64,000 bases of DNA, taken from Paramoeba atlantica. Taxonomy: Eukaryota > Protista > Discosea. Shown here one piece after another: positions 43,754 through 54,843 of this stretch. The DNA lies in NCBI GenBank assembly GCA_977017575.1, contig CDRNVI010000002.1, positions 682,001 through 746,000 of the forward strand. The letters are read 5' to 3'. Each line of letters opens with the position of its first letter. Within the stretch, counting starts at the first letter, position 1. Under the pieces are notes generated by a model that saw only the letters and a list, made by a program, of their open reading frames with translations, was not told the origin of the DNA and searched no databases. The position numbers were made by a program, and so were the translations under genes.

Positions 43754-44383
43754 TACAAAGCTGTGCCGTAACCCCCTTTACCCCCCCTGTACAAAAAATG
43801 AGGGGGGTGACTTATTTATAAAGAATTTGCGGGGGTTGTTTACAACCTCTGCCTCTTCGTCTTTATGGTGGCCGGGTGGGGGTGAATCGAGGCGGGTGAT
43901 AAAACCCCGAAAAAGGGGTGAGTATGGTCGATGAAAGGGATACTGTTGATTTTCATTTTCGCCAGAGGGTCTGATTAGCCAAGTCATCAGGTCCAGTGAC
44001 TCTACATCTGAGAGGCCTGAGTTCGATTCCCACAGAAGTACTTTTAGTCCGACTACACAGGGATTAGCTAATAAGCTCGGGTCCACGATATCCGAACAGA
44101 TTCGTCCATTTGTCTATCCCACCCATTAGCATGCGCGTTCGAAGGGGGTTCGAACCCGCTACTCGTCGTTTTTGCACAAACTACATGAAGCACGAACGTC
44201 GTTAGTGGGAAGCACTTTGCGAATCCGAAGGGGTGGTATTGCGAGGGCTCGCGTGAGCGGGCCTGAGCCATACGCGGCGTCGTTAGTGGGAAGCAATTTG
44301 CGAAGCCCCGTTTAATAACAACCACCGCTTTTTAACGCAGCTATCACACCGACATATGAAAGGGGGAGTATCATCACAATTGA

Positions 44384-44616
44384 ATTCGGAACACATACCC
44401 GAGGGGAGGGAGTCACGAATGACCTCGGAGGCAGATAACTGCCTCCGGAGCGTGCACCCTCAGGACACGGAGTCTTCGAAAAGACCTCGAATACCATACC
44501 GAACATGATTCGGAACACATACCCGAGGGGAGGGAGTCACGAATGACCTCGGAGGCAGATGACTACCCCCGGAGCGTGCACCCTCGGGACACGGAGTCTT
44601 CGAAAAGACCTCGAAT
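44384..44616. repeat. Tandem duplication with a 124-bp period containing three small hairpins
   Basis: Copies at 44384-44492 and 44508-44616. Stems ccgagg/cctcgg, ggaggcag/ctgcctcc and gtctt/aagac. Confidence 0.8.
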
Positions 44617-44967
44617 TTGATTATTAATAGAGGGCTGCACAGTATGTCGTGCCAGGCCGGTTCCCAAGCATTTCCTTATTATTAGAACTTTGGAGAAAAT
44701 TGAATACGTAAAGTAGATGAATAAATAAGTGGACTTGTAAAGAATGTGTCCAAGAAATAAAATACAGGACCTTTATTTTTTTCCATCATCCGCTTATTTC
44801 AGTAACATATCGGTTTAATATTGCGTTTGATTTGCGCTCTTCCCTCACACTTTCTCGTTTTTTGTTCACGAGAACGCCGGGCTTGGGACCGGTATCGAGC
44901 GTGTTTATGGAGCTTTGATGATGCGTGCTACAAGCACTACAAGGAGCGCTGATCGAAATCTCAAGAC

Positions 44968-45282
44968 TTGAGTGAAGACTCTGCGGAGACAACGAACCCA
45001 AAGTCTTTAGAAGAGTATACATGTATCTCTGAAGCCCTTCCATGTTTTGCCGCACAAAGTAATCTATCTACCGAGGGGTTCCTGAGTTGTGTTCGACTCC
45101 AGTTTGAGGAGTTTCCTGCTAATGTCTCACCTTCAGAAGTTGCTTGCATTCTTCCTTCTCCTCGCGAGTTTTACCTTAGCGAGCGCCGGATTGCCGATAT
45201 GATTTGGGACGATATTCAGCGTAACATTGACGGAGCAAAATTCTTTGGGTTGGCGGTAGACGGGGGGGTTGACAAAGTTTGA
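44968..45282 (+). pseudogene. Possible hAT/ZBED-like transposase fragment
   Basis: ...IWDDIQRNIDGAKFFGLAVDGGVD resembles the first catalytic-D strand of hAT transposases. Confidence 0.4.
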
Positions 45283-46046
45283 AATGAACATGTACTTATC
45301 GCAATCTTGTACGTCGTGGACCGGAACTTCCTTCTACCTCCGATTTACCACCCGAAATACTATTTTCATGGTGCCTCTGATGACGCCGTGTGTATCTCAG
45401 CTTCTTATTCTTAACACCCGCAACCTTGTGGTGGCTCCTCATCATCAGCAGTTATCATCCCTCAGCAGCAGTTATCATTCCTCTCTCAGTTATCCCCGTC
45501 TCTCTCTAAAAGAAGAGTACGACGTCGACCGTGAAAATACCTGAGAGGGTGGAGATACTTAGGATAAGATGGAGATACTTAGGGTGGAGATACTTGATTT
45601 TTACTGCATTTCGCGAATCAGTTGCACTGTTTAGTAGCATTTTTACTATCTTTCTTTATGCACATTTTTTTCTTACTGTCAACTCACTCAATGGAAAAGT
45701 ACCTATTCGCGTAATGCGAGATCCTTCATTCCCTTTCACCCTCTTCACCCCCTTCACACAGACTTCCCTTCCACCCATCTTCCCTTTCGCCTTCCTTCGC
45801 TTTCAATTCCCCTGCAATAACAGGTAACCTGAAGTTCGAACGCAAAGAAAAGGTCATGGCAGTACTACTCTACAGAATTTTTGGGTAAACGGAAAAAAAA
45901 CTTTTTGAAAGTTTTATAGTAAAAAAAAGTATAAAAAGTACTTTAAAGTAACTTTCATCCACTGAAAAAAACTTTTTTTTACTATAAAAAAGTTTCCGCG
46001 AACCCTGGTTAATTCCAAAAACTGAAAATGCCCTTCAAAGAAGGGA

Positions 46047-46425
46047 CTGCAGTGGCAGCTGCAGTGGCACGTGAGAGAGGAAGAATACTGCCACGTGAGG
46101 CCTTGACGGCAGTGGAAGTACAGTGGTACGTGAGAGAGTAAGTGTACTGCCACGTGAGGCAGTGACTGCAGCGTAGCTGCAGTGGCACATGAGAGAGTGA
46201 GAGCACTGCCACGTGAGGAAGTGTCTGCAGTGATGCAGTGTAGCTGCAGTGGCACGTGCGAGGGTAAGTGCACTGCCACGTGAGGCAGTGGCTGCAGTTC
46301 AGCTACAGTGGCACGTGAGAGAGTAAGAGTACTGCCACGTGATGCCGTGACTGCAGTGCAAGTACAGTGGCACGTGAGAGAGTAAGAGCAGTGCCACGTG
46401 AGGCAGTGACTGCAGTGATGCAGTC
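46047..46425. repeat. Second copy of the CACGTG-rich minisatellite
   Basis: Same units and orientation as 33895-34322. Confidence 0.85.
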
Positions 46426-46608
46426 CCACTTTTTCAAGGGGTGGCTAGCTGGCCACTTTTTCGAGGGGTGGCCAGCGGGCCACTTTTCGGGGGATGATTT
46501 CTTTCGGGGGCGATTTTTTAGAAGATGATTGGCATTATTTTGTCAATTCTTACTGCCATGACACCCACGAATTTTACTGATTGATACGACGAAACTGTTT
46601 TTTGTAGA

Positions 46609-46815
46609 ATCCAGGTATAAAGGAGCGAGGGAGATACGAAGCAACAGATGTAGCAGATTCCCACTAAAAAGATATCGTGTCTCCCTGCAGGAAGTTGACT
46701 CCAAGCTAGAAAGCGCATAGGTAGACATTTCTCGTTCAGGGAGATACGATTTCTTTTCAGTGGGAATCTGCTACATCTGTTGCTTCGTATCTCCCTCGCC
46801 CCTTTATACCTGGAT
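46609..46815. mobile_element. Second foldback hairpin of the 34402 family
   Basis: Arms at 46609-46687 and 46737-46815, sharing the core GAGGGAGATACGAA.CAACAG with the first copy. Confidence 0.85.
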
Positions 46816-47566
46816 CTTTTAATAACAGTCTTGGTCTGTGTTCAACTTCGCGCTATTCATTGCCATTGAAATTGCTTAGATGTATCCTAATTGTAATTAC
46901 GTGCATTGCTAATTGTTTAACTGTGTTCACTAGAAAGTCCATTCTGAGCATTTTTGTTTTATTCTTTACGTGCTACAAATGAATGCAGATGCAGTCCTTC
47001 ACACTCACTGCGTCTGAAACTTGTAGCATCCTCGTATTCTCCGGTACTTAATCCCTCCTCTTTGGCAACTTCCACTGCAGAACGTTACCATCGTGCTTTC
47101 TCCACATCGAATGGTACACCATCGAACATGTATACCTGCCTCAGCAGCCTACTTTCGTTTATGATTAATACTCACGCACTTACAGTTGCTTTTCAGCTCT
47201 TCGTTTTCTTCTGCTGCATCAAGAACCGGTATCATTGTAAACAGTTCGCTCGCACGGCGAATCGCTTCAAGGATGTTTTCTGGCTTATTTACATTTACTG
47301 GTGGAATTCTGACCTTACTCCACGCTTGAACATTGGCATGCCTCTGCCGATTATCATTAAGGTGGGCGTACGTTTCGAAGGGAGAGGGGCCTTCAAATTC
47401 ATTACCAAATATTCTTTGTAAGTATATTCTAAAAGATTTTCAAAAACAAAAACCAAATTTATAAATTTTATAATTTTAATATTTTTTTTGCAAAAAATTC
47501 TGACTCGCCATTTATAAAAATCAGTGAGAGATGGAGTAGTGTATAATCATCGATCTGGCAATTTAA

Positions 47567-49276
47567 ATGTCTGGAGAGGAATTATTCTTTGAGGGTGTGG
47601 GTGTTCTTGAGCTTCGCCGAGAGAGGACTGCATCATATAATTCCTTGCAAGACAAGCCTCACACGCTTCTTATTGAGCGTGAGGAACATTTTCAAATCAC
47701 AATTCTGGGTGCCAATGGAAAACAAATTTTGTCTACCGCTGTTGACGAAGGGTTATCCATTTGTATGTACCCGTCCGCATGTGCGGTGGTTTTTCGCATC
47801 GGTTCACTTACCTACAAATTCACTTTTCACGAGACAAAAAGCTCAATCACAGACTTCTCTGAGTGTTATGACTGGGCGCTGTACTGCACGATCACGGGCC
47901 GCGAGGTGCCCTTTGTGCCCCCCTACCACAATGAGCGCCATGATGCAAATGCCTTTACCCCTTGCGAGGAAGACAAAGCCGACCTCACCTGGGCGGTCTC
48001 AATGATGACCCACCGCATGGATGTAGACCCTAGTGAGGAGGAAGAAGAGGACTGGGATGGGGGCACGGAAACGGCCCGATCCACCGGACTGGGCCAGAGC
48101 CATTGCTTTGCCGACTCCACCCCCTACGGTCGCGTCATTGTAGCCAAGGAGCTGACCGGAGAGCGAGGCTGTGTGTTGGCGGCATTCCCTTACACCTCCG
48201 AAGGGTTGGAGATGGAGGACTCTGGGAATGCGGGGGTTCAGGAGTTCCGCCCTACCCCCCTCGCCAACAATTCCCCCAACACCGCCGTCGAACCCGCCCA
48301 ACTCGTACTCACCGACGACGACCGCCACGTCCTCGTCCGGGACCGGTTCGCTACCCACACCCTCCATGACATTGACCTCACCACCGGGGTGGTGGTCGCG
48401 GACTACCACACCCACTCCGCCGGGGAGCCCTGGCCCCTACGCTGTCTCACCCCGCACCCCGGCCACACGCACGAGGCCCTGGTGACGTGTACCAGCCCCC
48501 AGGTCGTGTTCACCCTCGACCGCCGGCTCCCCTCCCGTCGCTGTGTCGTCCTCCCCCCCGGGCGGTCCCTCCCGGACTACGCCCTAACGCTACGCCCCGG
48601 CGACACCCTCACCTGTCACGCCACCAACGACGCCGGGTGTGTCGCCGTGGGGGACCGCCGGGGACGCGTCCGGCTGTACTCCGGGGCCCCGGGGTCGTGG
48701 CGGGACCCGGGGGACCGGGCCAAGGGGTACCACCCGAAGACGGCAAAGACCCTGCTGCCGGGGCTCGGGCACCCCATCCTCCACCTCGATGTCACAAGGG
48801 ACGGGGGGTTCGTGTTGGCCACGTGTGAGAGGTACCTGATTGTGCTCTCGACGGTGTGGGGGGAGGGGGCGGGGGAGGGGTTTCGAAAGAGGATGGGGCG
48901 GCATAAGAAGTTGCCGGTCCGGCTGGAGCTTACGCATGAGCAGGTGATGGCGTTGAACGGGATACAGAATGTGCACTTTGGTAAGGCCGTGTTCGAGTCG
49001 AATCCGAAAGGGGAGCATTGGATAGTAGCCAACGTGGGTAACTTTATTGCGCGGTGGGACTTTGACTTGGTTCGCTCGGCGATTGAGGGAGAGGGTCCGT
49101 CCAATCCCCTGGTCAAGCCCTCGGTGATCCGTCAAAAGGAGCGAGTGCGGGAGCTGAGTTTAAATACGATAGACACGGGTGAAACACCACTCAAATATCT
49201 CACGGACCACACCATTGGAATGCGTAGTTACACAGAGGGAGCAGTGCAGAAAAAGTCGAGTAGGGTAGGCGACTAG
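47567..49276 (+). CDS. VID27: VID27/CYPRO4-like beta-propeller protein
   Basis: VAVGDRRGRVRLYS...AKTLLPGLGHPILHLDVTRDG.FVLATC.RYL is the Vid27 C-terminal signature. Confidence 0.8.
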   Translation: MSGEELFFEGVGVLELRRERTASYNSLQDKPHTLLIEREEHFQITILGANGKQILSTAVDEGLSICMYPSACAVVFRIGSLTYKFTFHETKSSITDFSECYDWALYCTITGREVPFVPPYHNERHDANAFTPCEEDKADLTWAVSMMTHRMDVDPSEEEEEDWDGGTETARSTGLGQSHCFADSTPYGRVIVAKELTGERGCVLAAFPYTSEGLEMEDSGNAGVQEFRPTPLANNSPNTAVEPAQLVLTDDDRHVLVRDRFATHTLHDIDLTTGVVVADYHTHSAGEPWPLRCLTPHPGHTHEALVTCTSPQVVFTLDRRLPSRRCVVLPPGRSLPDYALTLRPGDTLTCHATNDAGCVAVGDRRGRVRLYSGAPGSWRDPGDRAKGYHPKTAKTLLPGLGHPILHLDVTRDGGFVLATCERYLIVLSTVWGEGAGEGFRKRMGRHKKLPVRLELTHEQVMALNGIQNVHFGKAVFESNPKGEHWIVANVGNFIARWDFDLVRSAIEGEGPSNPLVKPSVIRQKERVRELSLNTIDTGETPLKYLTDHTIGMRSYTEGAVQKKSSRVGD

Positions 49277-49564
49277 GGGTTGATTCCACAGGTTTGTTCA
49301 TGGTGTGTACATTGCTTACACTAATGCGGTATTGATATCACTTACAAACATTGTACAACTTTGTTATTTACGATGTTTATTTTTTGTTTTGCAGGGTCTG
49401 AAAAGGAAAAAGTATTTGTAACATTCTGCATAAATTTCTAATTATTGAATTCAATGCGTTTCGCTTTTACGTGGAGTTGCATCAACTTGAAAAATACCCA
49501 CCTTTGTATTTCAAACTTTGTATGAAACAATAGTAATATACATGTACGCTTCGGGAAGAAAGTT

Positions 49565-52500
49565 ATGGTAATGCATTCTGTATCTGTTGAAGACTGTAGC
49601 GTGCTCAAGCGTCTCGGACAAAGACTTACACATAGTTCACTGATCGAGAGTGAAAGTTTCGAGCCTGATCTTGATGAGATTCTGAAGTTTCTTTTTTCTG
49701 CACGAACGCGTGCATTGCATAAGCACGTGTATGTTTTGATAGAACGTCTTTCCGAGGAATTAGGTTTACAACGCTGCATTGTAAAGAAATTTTCCAATGC
49801 ATTGGACCACTTTCTAGGCGAGACTGCTACTCTCTTATCAAGCTCTGCACTTCACCATGAGCTTCAAGAAACGTTCTCCGATCTTGACTCCTTACTTTCT
49901 CCCTGTAAGCCAGTTTTTGATTTCGTGCTAGATTCAAAAGTGTTCTCTATTCTTTCATGCCTAAAGCATTTCACGTTAATACGTGCACAAGCGGATGCCA
50001 TGCATTGCTTCTGTTCTTTTAGCTCCGAGAAAAGCACTTTGCTTGGAAGCTTTCTACGCGTGCTCAACAGCGCTGTGCAACTAGGAAGGAACAGACTTGA
50101 AAAAACCAGACGAGAGAACTCTGAACTATTCTTGCAGGAATTTTCTCCTTTTCTATGCTTGCTGCAAAGCGTTAGTCAATGCCGCGTTTCCGTTTCTAGA
50201 CAACACGTTCACTGTGCAGCCATGATCTACTCCCTTCTTCTACCTCCTTGGGTGGCCATAGATGCAGGTAAATTTTTACGAGTGCACAGCAACGATGCAC
50301 GGGTAGAAATGTCGGAAAGAGTCCACTGTCCAACGAATGTTACGACTCGTGATTGGACAGACATTTTTATTGCACAATCTCTCACTGCAGTGCAATGTTG
50401 GACGCAATCGTTTACGTTTTCTTCCCAAGTTGCACTGATGAAAGGTTGTATTGCGCTACATGAGCTCACAAAAGACTCTTGTACTTACATTGAATGCATT
50501 GTCACATGTCTTCAGAATCCAGACCTAGATGCCTCCATGCGATTTACAACGCTGCAAGCCGTTGAACTCATTTTTAAACGAATGGTAGCGTCTGATACTT
50601 CACTTCTTTCAGCTCTCACTTTGCGGGACATCACCACTGCGCTATTGGATCTCTGGGAGGAGAGTGGGGGTGCCTCCACCCCTACATTTCGGAACGTGGC
50701 ATTCAGTCTGTGCGAGCGATTGGATCAAGCCAATGTGAACACGCCAAGGCACTTCATGCAAACAATGACAAAACTTACTGTAGTGCATCGGGGAAGATTT
50801 TCTGTTCTCTCTATTCTTGGTGAACGCTATGGCATGAAGAGACTGCTTGAGGAAGATTCCACGCTGCTGGAGACATCCATAAGTGTGATGTCTAAAGCTA
50901 AATTTGCTCACAGTGTGGGAGAGTTTCTTGTGACTTCTCTTCGGGGATCGGATGAAATGAGTCGTGCCGTGTTGTCGGGCTTGGACACGGCGACGATTAG
51001 TGATACCACTCTGCTGCACCTCACCATGCACCTCTTTCTACCACTCTCTGCCAATTCTCCGGATCTCATGAAGCTCATTCTACTCAAACTGTCAGAGAAG
51101 CCATTTGCCTATTTTAGGTTCGCGTGCCATCTGATCAACAAGCGGCTGAGTGTTTTCTGCTTGATTCGTCAAATGACCGGAAGTGTATTGTGGGGTGAGG
51201 GCCTCGTGAATTCGGACTTTAGAGTGAGGATGGATTGTATGAATACATTCGTGCGTTACTTTGGAAGGGAACGCTCAGCAATTTCTACTATTTTGCAGCG
51301 AAATATACGACAAGATGATTCATCCCACCGTAACGTATGGATCATAGCCTTAAAAAAGTGGTCTCTTTCGAGTCAAGATTTAGAGCGCTATTTGTACTAC
51401 GAACTACATAGACAACAATTTCCTGGTAATTCTCTTGATTCACGTTTGACTTACCTTCACTGCGGGCTTCATTTTACTAATAGCATCAAAAGCAGCGAAA
51501 ACCATATCTCATTTATGTTTGCTTCACTATTGGAGGGCTGGGATCGAGTTCGAAATGATGCTTTTCATATACTCTGCGAACAGAAACTTCACCAATGTCA
51601 CTTCGACAGTGCTGTAAAATGGGCCCAAATCGAAGGATTTAATTCCGTGGTGCGGAAACGAAGTGAAGCGGCTTGTATGATTTTGTACCTTGCAGATAGG
51701 TTCATGACAGATAGCTCTTGTACATCATGTAGGCATGAGGAAAGAATATGCAGTTTGCTGCAAGATATCTCTTTTGACATAGGCAAGGTTGCAAAATATT
51801 CCAAATTCGGTGTCCATGCGAATCTTACCTGGATTCGTCTTCTAATACGCTACACGAAGAGAACGAGTTTTTCATCTGATGTTATAAACAACGTGATCAC
51901 AGCCTCTTCCAGCGTACTGAGCGCATGTACCTCATTGCTATCCAATGTGACAGAGACTGAGGATTTGTGCAACCCTAGCCGGGATTCGTTCATTGATTGT
52001 AGAGGACACGTCATTATTGATGGTTTAACGAACCTGGAACAACGTCACATCATAACGAACGCTTGGTTGGCAGTAAAAGAAGTCTGTGAATTGCTAGACG
52101 AGGTTTACAACGTATCAGAAATTATCACATATGAGGCATCCAAACGTGCATTAACGGAACTTTCGAATGCTCTGCTGCAAACTAAACACAATGGTATTAT
52201 GTTTAAAAGCCGGCAAAGCCTTAGTGTGTTGGCAACATCTCTCCTACGACACTCCGGTTGCACTCTAGTGCTGAATCTGATGCAAGACCTTCTGGGTGCG
52301 AAAGGGGTGAGATCGATGAACGAGAGCCGCATTTTGCGACGCAGCCAAGGGTTACCCCACGCCATTGTTGGTCTCCTTGAGGCGGAGGATGCCTCCAAAC
52401 CTCGTTGTCTTCTCTCCATGGCAATGGACGTGTTTTTCGAAATTACGTGTGAGGATACGGAAGTGGTTCAACAACATGTTGTTTCTGCTCTGCATGTCGT

Positions 52501-54661
52501 CAAATTTATTCTAGAAAGTTCCATATTAAGAGAGAGCACTACAATCTATCTTGAGAAGATACTTTTGATTGTGCTTCGAAACATCGATAGCGCCGAATGG
52601 TCCGTGCGTAATAGCTGTCTCATGGTACACGGCCAGCTTGTTTCCAGGATCGCGGGGGATCAAAAAGCGCATCGCAGTCTTACGTATTCACAATTTCAGG
52701 TACGCTACCCTGGCGTCGTTTCTCACCTACTAAATTTTTTATATCAGTGTAGCAGAGATACCGCGTTCTTATTTCTTTTGTTGTTTTCAACCCTTTCGAC
52801 TTGCTGCACGCAGGCGAGAACAACTTCAACCAATTCCATGTTAGAAGCCTTATTCCCTCACCTGGGCTCTCCACACCAACTTGTACGCATGAAAGCCGCG
52901 GAAGTTATGCCATGTCTCATTGGTAGTGAAAAGGAAAGGGACACAATCATAAAACGACTGCTATCACTCCTTAAAAGCTCAAACAAGAATAATCAACTAC
53001 ACGGTGTTCTCCTTGCTCTAACTCAATTACACGTCTTCGTTCCTTTGTATTGGCACACGCTAACCTTACACGTGGATAAATGCAGACTGAGAAGGCTTAC
53101 AAGAATCTCCAAAAGAGGAGACATGCGTTGCCATCTTGATCAACTCTCTATTGAACCCAAAGTGAGACATCCTACAACAGGGTGCAGTCCTACCGTAGCC
53201 ACGCAGGCACTACACCTACTCGACGCGATTCTTTCGAGAGAAGAATCCCCCGAGGGTCGTGTCTTTTTATGTGATCTTTATCTACACAACCTACACGCAA
53301 TAGCGACACACGCGACGCTCGACCACTGCGGTACGGTTCCTGCGGATTATGATGCCTATGTGGTCGGCAACCTGTTTGGGGGCCTGCGAGAGTTGAAGCT
53401 TTTGCCCTACGCCACTTATGAACAGGAAGAGACAGAGAAATGTATTCTTACGTGTTTGTCGTACGTAATGCAAAGCAACGCGCCCGTCTCGAGAGAGGAC
53501 TATTCAGTACTATGGCTGTATTTTGACTCCTTACCCATACGTGTACAATTATCTCAGTGTGTGGATTGTATGTGGTGTTGGCAGTGTCTTCGAGCGGGCT
53601 ACACGAAATTTCCTAAATATCTCAAGACGGACATTGCCAAGGCGTCACCTTTAACCCGTGCGATGTTGAGACTCTTCAAGGGTGAAGAAGATATCTGCGT
53701 GCTTCCTTACGAAACAAAGAGCTCCTTGCTACAACTCGCGGCACTTGCAAGAGCCACCGGTGTCACCCTCCCAGGAGTTTCGCCTTCCTCCTGTGAGACG
53801 CTTTGTGTGAAATGGTGCTCGGATGATTTTCCCCTCCCGCTTCGCATGTCCGCATGCGAGGCGCTTGTACTGTTAAGTCAAGAAGAGGGGAAACCGGATG
53901 GTTATTTTAACCGGCCCGCCTGTGAGGGTTTTGTACAACTTCTCACCGATGAGACGGAGTGCGTTCGCCAGGCCGCATCTCGTGCCGTATTCACCAAAGG
54001 CTCCTACATCGCTGTGGACCAAACTGTACCCCAGAGTGACGGGGACAACCTCCACGCGTATGGTGTAACCGGCGTCATGGGTTTCACCACAGCACAGGTA
54101 GAGGTGGCCTTGGAGCACCATTTCTACAACATGCTCGTTTCTAAGGTGTGGGAACACCAGGAGTGTAAGCTACTTCAGAAACTGATACCGCAACCATCGA
54201 TCTTTGCTCCATCTGTAAAAGAGGATGTCATCTTTGACGCCGAACCTATGAATATGTACCGAGAGGATACGCAACTTGCGCAATTTTATGCCTCCATCGT
54301 ACGATGTGCGCTTTCGAGGGGGACAAAGGGACGACATGCCGATCTTGTCCATTTTCTTGTCCTCACATTTAAGGAATGGGGAGCATATCTTACACAAAAT
54401 GCCTTTCATGTACCCTACGGTGCGACCTTTTTATGGGCAGAACCGTGGAATATAGTGTATCGACTACTTCTCCTGGCCTGGAGCACTTCTGCGATAACTC
54501 CCATGAGTGCTCTTCTTTCCCAATTGCCGTTGGATGAGGCGCAAGTTCTGCAAGAACCACACTTGGCCGTTTTGTGGAATCGTCGTGAAAACTGTGACGT
54601 GAGGGACGCGCTATTTTTGCTTTCCGAGCACTACCATAGTAGGCTTAGAGGGATAGAGTAG
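49565..54661 (+). CDS. THADA: THADA/Trm732-like ARM-repeat protein (DUF2428)
   Basis: 1698 aa helical protein with DCRGH, AWLAVKE, LLQTKHNG, RRSQGLP and WSVRNSCLM motifs. Confidence 0.75.
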   Translation: MVMHSVSVEDCSVLKRLGQRLTHSSLIESESFEPDLDEILKFLFSARTRALHKHVYVLIERLSEELGLQRCIVKKFSNALDHFLGETATLLSSSALHHELQETFSDLDSLLSPCKPVFDFVLDSKVFSILSCLKHFTLIRAQADAMHCFCSFSSEKSTLLGSFLRVLNSAVQLGRNRLEKTRRENSELFLQEFSPFLCLLQSVSQCRVSVSRQHVHCAAMIYSLLLPPWVAIDAGKFLRVHSNDARVEMSERVHCPTNVTTRDWTDIFIAQSLTAVQCWTQSFTFSSQVALMKGCIALHELTKDSCTYIECIVTCLQNPDLDASMRFTTLQAVELIFKRMVASDTSLLSALTLRDITTALLDLWEESGGASTPTFRNVAFSLCERLDQANVNTPRHFMQTMTKLTVVHRGRFSVLSILGERYGMKRLLEEDSTLLETSISVMSKAKFAHSVGEFLVTSLRGSDEMSRAVLSGLDTATISDTTLLHLTMHLFLPLSANSPDLMKLILLKLSEKPFAYFRFACHLINKRLSVFCLIRQMTGSVLWGEGLVNSDFRVRMDCMNTFVRYFGRERSAISTILQRNIRQDDSSHRNVWIIALKKWSLSSQDLERYLYYELHRQQFPGNSLDSRLTYLHCGLHFTNSIKSSENHISFMFASLLEGWDRVRNDAFHILCEQKLHQCHFDSAVKWAQIEGFNSVVRKRSEAACMILYLADRFMTDSSCTSCRHEERICSLLQDISFDIGKVAKYSKFGVHANLTWIRLLIRYTKRTSFSSDVINNVITASSSVLSACTSLLSNVTETEDLCNPSRDSFIDCRGHVIIDGLTNLEQRHIITNAWLAVKEVCELLDEVYNVSEIITYEASKRALTELSNALLQTKHNGIMFKSRQSLSVLATSLLRHSGCTLVLNLMQDLLGAKGVRSMNESRILRRSQGLPHAIVGLLEAEDASKPRCLLSMAMDVFFEITCEDTEVVQQHVVSALHVVKFILESSILRESTTIYLEKILLIVLRNIDSAEWSVRNSCLMVHGQLVSRIAGDQKAHRSLTYSQFQVRYPGVVSHLLNFLYQCSRDTAFLFLLLFSTLSTCCTQARTTSTNSMLEALFPHLGSPHQLVRMKAAEVMPCLIGSEKERDTIIKRLLSLLKSSNKNNQLHGVLLALTQLHVFVPLYWHTLTLHVDKCRLRRLTRISKRGDMRCHLDQLSIEPKVRHPTTGCSPTVATQALHLLDAILSREESPEGRVFLCDLYLHNLHAIATHATLDHCGTVPADYDAYVVGNLFGGLRELKLLPYATYEQEETEKCILTCLSYVMQSNAPVSREDYSVLWLYFDSLPIRVQLSQCVDCMWCWQCLRAGYTKFPKYLKTDIAKASPLTRAMLRLFKGEEDICVLPYETKSSLLQLAALARATGVTLPGVSPSSCETLCVKWCSDDFPLPLRMSACEALVLLSQEEGKPDGYFNRPACEGFVQLLTDETECVRQAASRAVFTKGSYIAVDQTVPQSDGDNLHAYGVTGVMGFTTAQVEVALEHHFYNMLVSKVWEHQECKLLQKLIPQPSIFAPSVKEDVIFDAEPMNMYREDTQLAQFYASIVRCALSRGTKGRHADLVHFLVLTFKEWGAYLTQNAFHVPYGATFLWAEPWNIVYRLLLLAWSTSAITPMSALLSQLPLDEAQVLQEPHLAVLWNRRENCDVRDALFLLSEHYHSRLRGIE

Positions 54662-54843
54662 GCTCAGTCGTCAAGTAACTAAAATTACGTTAACAGGACT
54701 CGACTAAATTTGTTTTTCAGGATTGAACTATTGTATTCATGAAATAGGATTAATAAACATAAAAGCATATGCCCAGCCAACTTGTTGCCCTATCATTTTA
54801 TCTCAAAAAGTGGTTTTGATTCCCCCTTTCTATCCCCTTTTCC

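Larger units (their letters stand above)
39605..43816 (+). mobile_element. Outer Tc1/IS630-like element (DD35E), frameshifted and interrupted by a second Tc1-like element
   Basis: Imperfect inverted repeats at 39605-39639 and 43783-43816. HTH-like start at 39836 with a frame break near 39975. Catalytic part 40066-40738 has FTDEK, QQDRATAH and WPPNSPDLSPIE (35 residues between D and E). Confidence 0.75.
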
